64,000 bases of DNA, from the NCBI RefSeq assembly GCF_006345805.1, contig NC_043011.1, positions 20,906,464-20,970,463 on the forward strand. The letters are read 5' to 3'. Source of the stretch: Octopus sinensis. Lineage: Eukaryota. The notes beneath the pieces are model-generated. The model had not been told where the DNA came from. It did no database searches and saw only the letters and a program-made list of their open reading frames with translations. Below are positions 52,908 through 64,000 of this stretch, in pieces. Position numbers and translations under genes: made by a program. The first letter of the stretch is position 1. Each line of letters starts with the position of its first letter.

Positions 52908-53702
52908 GGATCTTTTCCGTTTGAATGGCAGTTTTTAACATAATTTCTAGGTAACTAAAAAATTTTAAACTTCGTATACTGGTAGAATCTCTCTCTATAT
53001 AAACGGCAGTTTGTCTGTGCGTGTTTCTGTGTGTCTGTTTGCTTGTACCCTCACCCTGACCACGGCTTTCAACCGATTCTGATGAAACTTGACACACACA
53101 TAGCCCAATGTCATGATTCAAAACTAACGCAGCGAAAATTTTGAAAAGTTCCCCCAGTTCTGAAAAAAATCGATAAATTCGACATGGGGTCGAGAATCAA
53201 AACACAAACCGCAAACTGTCTAGGGGACGCAACTCCACCTTTTTTAACTAAAAAAAATTTACCATCATTTTTTTCCATTTTTTTGCTATGTTTTGGCTAT
53301 AACTCTCTAAAAATGCTTTATAGTTATTTCCCTTACAAACCTGAGCAACGCCGGGCGATACTGCTAGTGTGTTTATAAAACATCTTTTTCTCTTGGCTTT
53401 ATTGAGAAAATTCTATAGTTTGGAAGATATTTGTTGTTTTTTTTCTTCAATTTCTGCAATTTCAACCAATCAATGACGTCCATTGAGGTAAAAAAAAAAC
53501 ATTCTGTGCCGTATGAATATGTCTCTCGTTTAAGAAACAGATTGGGTTTATTTACATTTGTGAAGAAAAAAAGATACCCTTCCCCCCACCCCTAACCCTA
53601 AAACAGATTGAAATGCAATAGATAGATACTAGGGTCATAATTATGGGTGACAATTTCATATGACACCGCTAGAAAAAACTGCCGTTCAAACCGAAAGGAT
53701 CC
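52908..53702. mobile_element. Second (inverted) copy of the GGATC MITE, carrying a Helitron insertion
   Basis: TSD AAGACTAT at 52900-52907 and 53703-53710. A fragment of a third copy lies at about 59200-59315. Confidence 0.85.
52988..53367 (+). mobile_element. Non-autonomous Helitron (380 bp)
   Basis: Starts TC, ends CTAG with subterminal hairpin CCTGAGCAACGCCGGG. It is inserted precisely between A and T with no TSD, as shown by the uninterrupted MITE copy at 30152-30565. Confidence 0.85.
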
Positions 53703-54231
53703 AAGACTATTCCTCTGATGAAGAAACACATTTAAAAGTTTTAATTTGTATTTGTATTTTTTTTTTGTTTTTTCCTTCTTTTTTTTCTATGAGTTTTAGT
53801 CCTGTCTTCAATCTTTCAGGCTGCTCATCTAGTGAGTGAGTCAGTGAGCCAAAAGTACATATTATCAAGTGGAGAGGAAACCTGTTGATTCCTATACTGA
53901 AAGAAGATAATAAAACCTGTGAACATAAGAGATTGGAATGTACATCGTTATAACCATGATGATTATCATTTGAAAGTTTATTGTTTTATGCAGGGCAATA
54001 TGTAGGTAGGGGTCTCGCTATTTGTCATGGTCACTGACATCAGGCACACAAGAGAACAGAAAAAAGACTCAATCTTTAGTGTTGTGAGGAGGGTTTTTTT
54101 TAATGTTTTTACTTTAACATTTTAACTGCATTTCCTCCCCCACCTGTTAATTTTAATAGATAAATACATATATATTTATACATATGCATACACATGTATA
54201 TACATACATATACACACGCATATATATATAT

Positions 54232-54466
54232 TTCTTTATTGCCCACAAGGGGCCAAACATAGAGGGGACAAACAAGGACAGACAAAGGGATTAAGTTGAT
54301 TACATCGACCTCCCCCCCAGTGCAAAACTGGTACTTTATTTATCGACCCCGAAAGGATGAAAGGTAAAGTAGACCTCGGCGGAATTTGAACTCAGACCGT
54401 AACGACAGACGAAATACCGCTAAGCATTTCGCCCGGCGCGCTAACGAGTCTGCCAGCACGCCGCCT
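54232..54466 (-). mobile_element. SINE family B copy
   Basis: Reverse-complement monomer. Confidence 0.8.
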
Positions 54467-54841
54467 TATATACAAACACATGCAGACATATACTCTTTTA
54501 CTCGTTTCAGTCATTTGACTGTGGCCATGCTGAAGCACTGCCTTTTAGTCGAGCAAATCGTACCTGGGACTTATTCTTTGTAAGCCCAGTACTTATCCTA
54601 TCGGTCTCTTTTGCCGAACCGCTAAGTGACGGGGACGTTAACACACCAGCATCGGTTGTCAAGCAATGCTAGGGGGACAAACACACACATATATATATAC
54701 ATATATACGACAGGCTTCTTTTCATATACATACATTCATACATACACATATATATACATACATAAACCCACACACATATACATACATATATATGTATAGC
54801 CACTACACACATTTTTTTCGCTCCTTGTTTTTTCTGTGTCC

Positions 54842-54877
54842 CTTTCTGTAGAAGAGCATAGGCTCGAAACGTAAAGG
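54842..54877 (+). ncRNA. Hammerhead-like motif (CUGUAGA core) in a Penelope-type repeat end
   Basis: CUUU-CUGUAGA-A-GAGC(AUAG)GCUC-GAAA-CG-UA|AAGG. The host repeat spans about 54795-54970. Confidence 0.45.
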
Positions 54878-56436
54878 ACTTTTTCTATTCCTTGAGCGTT
54901 ATACTAATACATCTGTTTGTTTTGTACACCACCTGTCTACGTCTTTTGATTTTTCCCTAAACTCTCCCTACATGCATATATATATATACACATACATATA
55001 TGTATGTAGGTATGTACCTATATCATCATCATTGTTTAACGTCTGCCTTCCATGCTTGCATAAAATCAAGGGGTATGAGGTGAATATATTTCACCAGTAG
55101 ATATCCATAGGGTGACAGCTGTTTCATTGCCAACATCATGCAAAAATAATCTATTTTTGTGTATAAATTATTTTAAATTATTTTACATGTCTGCAATTGT
55201 GCTTATGTTACAAATTGCATAGTACTATTGTACATTTTACAAACAATTGCAGATATCAACAGAATACACATAGCAAAACAAAATATAAAGAGAGAGAGAG
55301 AGAGAGAGGAGAAGGGAAGGATACATATAGTTCTGAAGTGTATTATGTTTTTTTAACATGTTTACAAAGGGATTTTTTTTCCAGCAGTCGCCCACGCCAC
55401 CAGTGTTATCCAAGGGAAAGGCAAAAGCCCAATACACTTGGCACTTGTGACGTCAAAACTCATTTCTACAGCTGAGTGAACTGGAGCAACATGAAATAAA
55501 GTGTCTTGCTCAAGAATACAACACGCAGCCCGGTCCGGGATTCGAGCTCACAACCTCACGATCATAAGCTCGATACTCTAACCACTGAGCCATGCGCCTT
55601 CACTAGCAAGACCTACATATAACATTATTTACTGTATGTAATCTGGGTTTGTTTTGTTTAAATACATCTTAGGTGACAGACATAATCTGTCGCTCAGTTG
55701 AACACCACCACCTCTTGGCTCTTAGCAGTGTCCACTCTCTAGCAAGCATTTGAGCTAGAACTCTGCTTTGAGGATAGCTTACATCTCATTAGTCTCAAAG
55801 GCCTTAAAAAGAAGTCATGGACACGGCCCTTCCTGAAAAATATAAATAATACAGAAAACTTTTTACAACTAAAAGGGTTGGCGTCAGGAAGGGCATCTGG
55901 CAGGGTAGTTGGGAAAAGCTGACGTTTGGGCACTCCATACATATTTTGGTTCCAGATGTGACCACACCAGCATCGGTGTCTATCAGGCGTGGGCTGCATG
56001 CGGCATGGTTCATCATCAGGCGGACCGCACTACTAAAAAAATTCACGGTAATTTTTCGTTAGACATGCCATATAGAAAGTTCTGCGAACTGCAGTATGTC
56101 CATGATTGGTATATATCATCGTCATCATCATTTAGCGTCCGCTTTCCATGCTAGCATGGGTTGGACGGTTCAACTGGGGTCTGGGAAGCCAGAAGGCTGC
56201 ATCAGGCCCAGTCTAATCTGGCAATGTTTCTACGGCTGGATGCCCTTCCTAACACTAACTACTCCGTGAGTGTAGTGGGTGCTTTTTACGTGCCACCGGC
56301 ACAGGTGCCAGACGGGGCTGGCAAACGGCCTCGGTCGGATGGTGCTTTACACACACACACACATATATACATATATATATATATATACACACACACATAT
56401 ATATATACACACATACATATATATATACACACATAG

Positions 56437-56471
<35 letters not shown>

Positions 56472-56506
56472 TATATATATACGCACACACACACACACAT
56501 ATATAT

Positions 56507-56539
<33 letters not shown>

Positions 56540-56582
56540 CATATACACACACACATATATATATATACACACACACTTATAC

Positions 56583-56613
<31 letters not shown>

Positions 56614-56728
56614 AAACAAGGGCGTGAAATTATAAGGATCTTTTAGACGATGAGGAATTAGCTACGAATTTGCTGCTTGTTTTTGTAAATTTTCCTTTTG
56701 TTGTGTTTTTGTTAATTTTATATATATT

Positions 56729-56762
<34 letters not shown>

Positions 56763-56766
56763 ATAT

Positions 56767-56836
<70 letters not shown>

Positions 56837-56949
56837 GACATAAATAGATAGATAGATATAAAGAGCACACACATACCAACATGTTATCTAGAGAAATTCA
56901 TACACACACACACAAATGCACGCATACACATTCAAACATGTCTAAACTG

Positions 56950-57530
56950 CAGACAAACTATAAAACCCACACACATATATACACAACTGGAACACAGCTT
57001 TAATTACACAACTCCAGTGTATATATATATAATAAAAAAACAAGGAGACTCGTAAAAAAAAGTAGGTTACCATGTGAACAATAATGGATAGACTCGAAAA
57101 TAATGTACGAAAATAAAATAAAAATAAATAAATAAAAAATGAAAACAACGAGGACCACCAATAGAATTCTGTGTAGTTATAGAAAGAAATAAAGACAAAA
57201 AAAAAAAGAGAAAAGAAAATTAGATAAAATCGGAAAGAAACTAGTTCCAAGAGGGTTTTTATAAGCTGGCTGGCGGTTATTACGAATTGAGGCAATGGTA
57301 AACATGAAGTGATAGAGAGAGAGAGACATAGAGTGTGTGTGTGAATGAGGAGAGATATATATAGAGATAGAGGGGGCGGAGATGGGGGGAGGGAAGAGAG
57401 AGAGAGAGAATAGAGTTGCCAGCTTAGTTGGCATTCAACACAGGTTCTGTTCCATACCAGTGTGTATTTAAAAAAAAGTCCACACTTACAGATGAGTGTG
57501 TGTGTATGTATGCATATTTGTATAGACATC

Positions 57531-57563
<33 letters not shown>

Positions 57564-58012
57564 ATATGTATGTATGTAAGTATGTATGTAAGTATGTATG
57601 TAAGTATGTATGTATATATGTATGTATATATGTATGTAAGTATATATATATGTATATATATGTGTGTGTATGTATATATATAGAGAGATATATGTGTGTG
57701 TGTGTACATATATATAAGTGTGTATGTACATATATGTGTGTGTGTGTATGTATATATATGTGTGTGTGCGTGTATATATACATATATATATATATATGTA
57801 AGTATATATATGTGTGTGCATGTATATATATATATAGATATGTGTGTATGTACATATATATATATATATGTGTGTGTGTGTATGTGTATATATATGTGTG
57901 TGTGTGTGTGTGCGTGTATATATACATATGTATGTATATATATTATTATTATTACTATATAGACAGACAGACAGATGATAAAAAATTGTTTAGCATGTAA
58001 TTATGTATGGAA

Positions 58013-58043
<31 letters not shown>

Positions 58044-58500
58044 TACATGTGTATAAGTCAGCACAGCTATATACACACAGATACGTGAGAGCAGGTGCGC
58101 ACACAACAAATTGTTGCATGTGTGTGTGTGTGTGCGCGTAAATATAAGCGGGTAATTTGTTAGAAATAGTACCGGACCGAACAGGATGATGTACGATGTT
58201 ATATTAGCGAGGAAGGAGTGACGAAGTAGATAGAGGAGGGAGTTTGCCTTTGACACCATTCCTAAAAGATTTTATAAAAATAAATAAATAAATACCAATA
58301 GTATATAGTATTTTAACCCCCAACCCACTCAGACATACATTTGAGCTTCTTGTTACCGCTCCATCCCGTTGACTTTGAACCTCACAAGTATTTCTTTTGA
58401 ATTGTATTATGTGTGTTGACATGATTGTACGCAGTTCAACAGTCAACTTTTACGAAGTCGGCCGGCGGTAGGGTATTTGAAATAACAACCGTGGTATAAA
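56950..58500 (-). promoter_or_regulatory. Second CpG-retaining region with splice-like signals: possible alternative 5' end or lncRNA
   Basis: Minus strand shows CACATG|GTAACC (about 57070) and a small GTATGT...TTTTAG intron-like segment (about 58265-58340). Few SINEs. Confidence 0.2.
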
Positions 58501-58531
58501 TAAACCAAAAATAATAAACAAATAAATAAAA

Positions 58532-58970
58532 GGCGATCTTTCGTCTCTAGTAGACCTTTCCGTCGATTTCCGTAAAAGAATTTCTTTTTTTTTACATATG
58601 GGCTTGCGGGAACTTTTGAAGTAACGAGAGCGAAAGAGACTAAGAGAAAGCGATTGTATGACGAGGGAAGTTCTTTTGAAGTTACCGTGCATGGGAGCAT
58701 TGATGTACAAGTGTGTGTGTGTGTGTGTTTGATGAGGTGTGGGAGACAGAAAGTATGTTGTGTAAGTGAAGTGCTTCTGTTAGTGTGTGTGAAGAGACAG
58801 AGAGAGTCCATGCACGGTAACTTCAAAAGAACTTCCCTCGACATACAATCGCTTTCTCTTAGTCTCTTTCGCTCTCATTACTTCAAATGTTCCCGCAAGC
58901 CCATATGTAAAAAAAAAAAAAAAAATTTACGGAAATCGACGGAAAGGTCTACTAGAGACGAAAGATTGCC
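58532..58970. mobile_element. Foldback MITE with 163-bp TIRs and 8-bp TSD
   Basis: Arms 58532-58694 and 58808-58970 are near-perfect inverted copies, spacer 113 bp, GGC/GCC termini, AAATAAAA on both flanks. Confidence 0.8.
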
Positions 58971-59783
58971 AAATAAAATTATACACCGTGATTAAATGGA
59001 CATTGTAGTATTTTAATTGAGTGTAACTACTAATACTCCAGAGAAGGAGAGAGAGGAAAACCAATACGAAAAGATGAAAACAGACATTCTAACAACAGAC
59101 AAAATTGGTGTTTAGACCCGGGTCAGCACAGATCAAACCGACCTATAATAGACATTCCAGCCGTGGCAACAAGTATTATTATTAATACAGAATTTTCTCA
59201 AGAAAGAAAACCAAAAGAAAAAGATGTTTTATTAACACATTCTACCAGTATACGAAGTTTAAAAGTGTTTAGTTACATAGAAATTATTTTTAAAAACTGC
59301 CGTTCAAACCGAAAATATGACCATTATCCGATCCTTCTAAAAACGATAACATTTTTGAAGATTGGGCTGTTATTTCTAGCAGATCGAGCGAGCTTGTAGA
59401 GGATCCCTCGAACAGGTAGAACGAATGTGGGAGGTGATGGTGCACAGACTGTAAGTGAAAAAACACGTAATCGTATTATTATGTGTAGATTGGTACAAGT
59501 TGGTGGTGATGGTAACTGCCAATATACGAAGAATGTTGCAGTAACAGTAGTTTTCGTGAAGTTTAGCTGAGTGGCGCCACGACTATTCAGACACTGAACT
59601 TTTCTCCCTCTCACACTTAAAATATTTTATAAATCCCACATCCATGCGTAAAAGAGAAAAACATTAATATACACCACACAAACACACACTCTCTCCCTCT
59701 TTAAATATATAAATAAATATATATATATATATGGACAAAAAGTCAAGATAGAAAATGCTAAAATAATTTTATAAAAAACATTT

Positions 59784-59819
59784 CAGTACCGGTTTCAGTC
59801 ATTGAGACTTTTTCAACTG
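59784..59819 (-). ncRNA. Minimal type I hammerhead ribozyme candidate (U3-A8 core variant)
   Basis: CAG-UUGAAAA-AGUC(UCAAU)GACU-GAAA-CCGG-UA|CUG: stem I, core, 4-bp stem II, palindromic ACCGGU stem III, GUA cleavage triplet. Confidence 0.6.
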
Positions 59820-59936
59820 TAACAATTAAATAATTAAATTTAGACAAATTAAAAGAAAAGTTTTTTTAAAAGAATATTTGTATAGTGTTCAAATACAAGT
59901 GGCATTTTCCTTGTTTCTGCCTGTCTCTGTCTCTCT

Positions 59937-59980
<44 letters not shown>

Positions 59981-60100
59981 ACGGCAAGGAAAAACAATTA
60001 CCATCAGATGATATGGTTATATCAGGAACACAATTATAAACAAAATTTACCATCTTTGGTAAGTATGCAGCGCTCACGGACACATACAGGATATACGACC

Positions 60101-60148
<48 letters not shown>

Positions 60149-61060
60149 CATATATATACACACACTCTCTCTCTCTCTCTCTCTCTCTCCTATATATATA
60201 TATATATACACCAGCGCTCACGATTTGTATAACGAATTAAATATACATAGACACACAGACCCAAGCACACATACATGTATGTGTATGAACACCAGACCAG
60301 ACTGTAATGAGGTTTGGCAGAGTCTGGGTGTGTGGCACTGACTCGGGTCAGCTTGTCTTTACTCGTTGTAGACTGTCACTAGGTTTTTCTGAGAGAAATA
60401 GTTCCAAATAGCTTCCTAGCATGCTTAAGTGGGAGTGAACTGTGTGCTTGTCTACACCCATGTAATATATGTTAACGGTGTATGTTCAGAAGAACCAAAC
60501 TGTATAGTGATTCCTTTCGGTCCATAATACTCCTTCGGTCAGTCAAATTAGGGAGCGTCTAGTGGTCAGCCGACCTGCTAGAAATGGCAGACAAATCTCC
60601 TTCAAATCATACGCTACAGCTTTAAACAAGGAAAGACACTGGATAAATGTAATCCTATATACCCCTAAATCGACTGGATGATCGCGAATGGACACCCCTG
60701 GTCATCAGTCTGCACAATCGGAATTGATTTGGGTTGGGGTTAAACAATAGACGTTCGAGTAAATAGGATATCCATCCTCTTAAGAAATAAGTATCGTTGT
60801 TATCACAAGGGTATGTACTATACCACCAAGCTGAACCAACGTACTCTCTGGCAAAAGCATTACTCAATTATTTTTTAAACTTCAGGTTATTTCTGCATAA
60901 TACTACTTCAAAGTTATCTCATTCTAATACTGAGTTTGATTTATTAAATTTGAAAACAAATGACAGCTTAATTTTTTAAATCATGATGCTCAAAGGACAA
61001 AATTGTTAGCAAAATGTCTTAAATGAGTGACACACGACACACACACACACACACATAAAT

Positions 61061-61097
<37 letters not shown>

Positions 61098-61227
61098 AAA
61101 TTACAAAATGGGACAAGAATGCAAAACATTCAAATAGACGATACAAAAAACACAGACGGGTCATTCGAAGCCTCTAATCTTCAGTCAAGAGCCGGATCAT
61201 CCTCGCAATTTCGGCTGATTAATCTTG

Positions 61228-61258
<31 letters not shown>

Positions 61259-61267
61259 TAATATATA

Positions 61268-61306
<39 letters not shown>

Positions 61307-61357
61307 TATATATATATATACACATATAATATATATATAATATATATACACACACAC

Positions 61358-61388
<31 letters not shown>

Positions 61389-61521
61389 CACACACACATA
61401 TACATATATATATATATATATATAACACACATATACATATATATATATATATACACACATATACATATATATATATACACCACATATACATATATAATAT
61501 ATATATAATATATACACACAC

Positions 61522-61574
<53 letters not shown>

Positions 61575-61588
61575 TATATATATGTATA

Positions 61589-61630
<42 letters not shown>

Positions 61631-61671
61631 ACACATATACATATATATATGTATATGTATATGTGTATATA

Positions 61672-61719
<48 letters not shown>

Positions 61720-64000
61720 GCAAGATATATAAGGTTATATATTAGAAAAAAATTTCTCCTTGGATGAAAGGTATGTATGTATACATATATACATGAAGTA
61801 CGAGTGTGGTGCTATGTAAGCGTAAAGGATTTAGTGATTAGAAAGGAATGTGTATAATCCGGTGAATTTGTAAAAAGATGTGGAATGCTAACCTATAGAA
61901 AGGTTCAGAGTAATTGTGTTGAAAAAGTAAACTGGGCACAGAAAAGAGGCAAAGAATGTGTGCAGTAATGACAGATGTGTTATTAGAACAGACATGAAAT
62001 GCTTAATGGGTGATATGCATGCTGGATAAAAAAGAAACAGCATAAGATTTTGGTAGAATTTACCTGTTGTGGAGGTAGTTTTTAAAGAAATATCTAGTTA
62101 GGTCAGACATGGATAAAAAAAAAAAAAAAAAAAAAAACAGAGGCTTCTAAATGAAAAGTCACAAGATTGAGGCATATTTGAAAGGCATCAACATTTAGGA
62201 AGATACAGTCTAAAGAGGGCTCTTATTCTAGGTTGAGAGTTTTTCAAAGAAGATCCATCTATCGTAGTTCTTCCTCAAGTGGCCACAACCGAAAGGCAAT
62301 TTTACTATGCCAAGTTGAATGGTCTTCATCCTCTATTATGGTGCGAAAGTCTGCAAAATATAATATCTGACAGGATCTGGTGTTTAGCACAATAGCAGTG
62401 GCCAGCAAAGATACCCATAAGTCGACTCTTAGGCCTAGGGATTACACCATGTTTTGAACCCTTATGAGAAACCTGAAACAGTTAATATCATAGAATAATT
62501 TTGAATTAAATCTGATATCATCATCATGATCGTTTAACGTCTGCCTTCCATGCTGGCATGGGTGGGATGGTTTGACAGGAACTGGCCAGGCAGAAGCCTG
62601 CACCAGACTTTTGTACCTGTTTTGGGATGATTTTTACAACTGGATGCCCTTCGTAACACCAAACACTCAGAAGAGTGGACTTTTATGTGGTACAAGCACA
62701 GGCCAGGTCAGTTTTGGCAAGGTTTTTACAGCTAGATGCCCTTCCTAACACCAACACTTTACAATGTGGACTAGATGCTTTTTAAGTGGCACCTGCACTG
62801 AAAGGGTCACCAAGTAACCTGCAAGACAAAAACCTTCCATATGGTAACGGATTTTGAATACAAACATTGTAGATCTAATGTGAGATGGTACACAAGATCA
62901 GGGCTTCTCAACCATTTTTTATCTATGGATCCTTTTGATTACTATTCTATTCTGGTGGGCCCCCACAGCTATTCAATGTTTAAAAACTAGCTTTATGGAT
63001 ACTTTTTTCAAAATTCCTATTCCATTTTCCACACACTGTTTAGGTTGAACCATGTAAAATGTTAGAGAAAGAAACCTAACTGTTCATTGCAATACATACC
63101 AATATATCTAAAGCAGAAGTTTTTCATAGACCCTTAAAATACTATTGTGGATCCCCAGTTTACTATTTTGTTGCATGAACCCCATCAAAATTCTTATATG
63201 GATTCTCAGAGACCATTTGGATGTTGGCCGTTTTTGAATTTTCCCCAACAAGCCAAACATCCTACTGCAAACCAAGTGAGCAGCTATACAGTCAAACAAC
63301 ATGCAAGGCAAGCAGCCAAAATATCTCTCAAGTTACTTCCTACTGCTTTAAAAAAGGGATAATCTAGTCATAGGACAAGATTGCTCATGAATGAAAAACC
63401 TTGGATCATGGATCAACCTAGTCATAGTTGACCTGAGGTTCAACAATAACATTCTGAAGATGTCAGCATCTGAACAACCACCAAACTTTTCAGATAGACC
63501 AACCACAATAGTAAATGGAGTTTATGAGACAACCTCAAAGATTTCATTGCCAAAAACCAATTCCCTAAGGAGCAGCACTTTTTGTATTAGATTATGGGCT
63601 GGTTTCAGCTTACTTTTCACACCAGCATCTGTTTTTGACCCCTGTATCTATTGTTGAAGATGTTTATAAGATGCAGGAGTTTATAGTAGGTTTATTTAGT
63701 TGCCATTAATATTTAAGTGAAGTCAAGTGGTTGAAGATGTTAGGTAAGTGGGGTTTGCTCCCTTTAGTGGATTCAAAACAGAAGAGACATTGAAAACAAC
63801 TGAGATCTGAAGCATCTCAAAATGCATTTTGAACTGGTTACAAGATTAAGGAGAAATCACACACAAACACATGATTTAACTATTTAGCATATAGATTACT
63901 CTGTCAAATGCAATCCTTACTGATTCACATTGTTTTGAATTAATCTTGTAGCTTTGAGATTTTGAAGATATCTCTTTTACACGTTTCAGTCATTTGGCTG

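Noticed and set aside
55909-56154. GC-richer ORF-like segment within a family C-type repeat
   Set aside because: No recognisable domain in any frame; only a faint GH-motif resemblance to integrases.
59481-59570. VGGDGNCQY peptide resembling the OTU protease catalytic motif
   Set aside because: The frame is short (under 60 aa) and the motif comes from GGT/GAT simple-repeat-like DNA. There is no downstream OTU helix or His motif.
60797-60979. Peptide loosely like Gypsy RNase H (AE.tYS)
   Set aside because: The similarity is too weak, and there are no flanking RT or integrase remnants or LTRs.
61165-61200. Minus-strand CTGAAGA...CGAATGACCCGTC hammerhead-like string
   Set aside because: It lacks GAAA and stems I and II do not pair.
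63108-63657. Three 67-88 aa ORFs in repeat-poor DNA
   Set aside because: No motif recognised and no consistent splice chain; possibly an old LINE remnant.

Overview
AT-rich, repeat-saturated animal DNA with no prokaryote-style operons, CRISPR arrays or intact long ORFs. The mix of dense (TA)/(CA)/(GA) microsatellites and tRNA-headed SINEs looks like an octopus (coleoid cephalopod) scaffold; this is an inference. There is one 100-N gap at 36865-36964. Most of the window is interspersed repeats. These include at least five SINE-like families, fragments of RTE, CR1 and Penelope-like retroelements, mariner remnants, and an internally deleted piggyBac with intact TTAA/TIR ends plus related MITEs. 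There are also 8-bp-TSD MITEs with GG termini, a canonical non-autonomous Helitron and a Helentron-type HINE. Only weak gene evidence exists: a CpG-retaining, repeat-poor region at about 43.3-44.2 kb and a few candidate minus-strand exons. The most interesting signals are four. (i) Minimal hammerhead-ribozyme-like motifs with non-canonical cores in Penelope-type repeat ends: a U3-A8 variant at 59784-59819 and a CUGUNGA family in three copies. (ii) A SINE that inserts as head+(GT...AG body)n concatemers inside one target-site duplication. (iii) A CpG-decayed tRNA-Asp fused to a SINE. (iv) Four long, near-perfect inverted repeats. Family labels A-F below are my working names, not database names.
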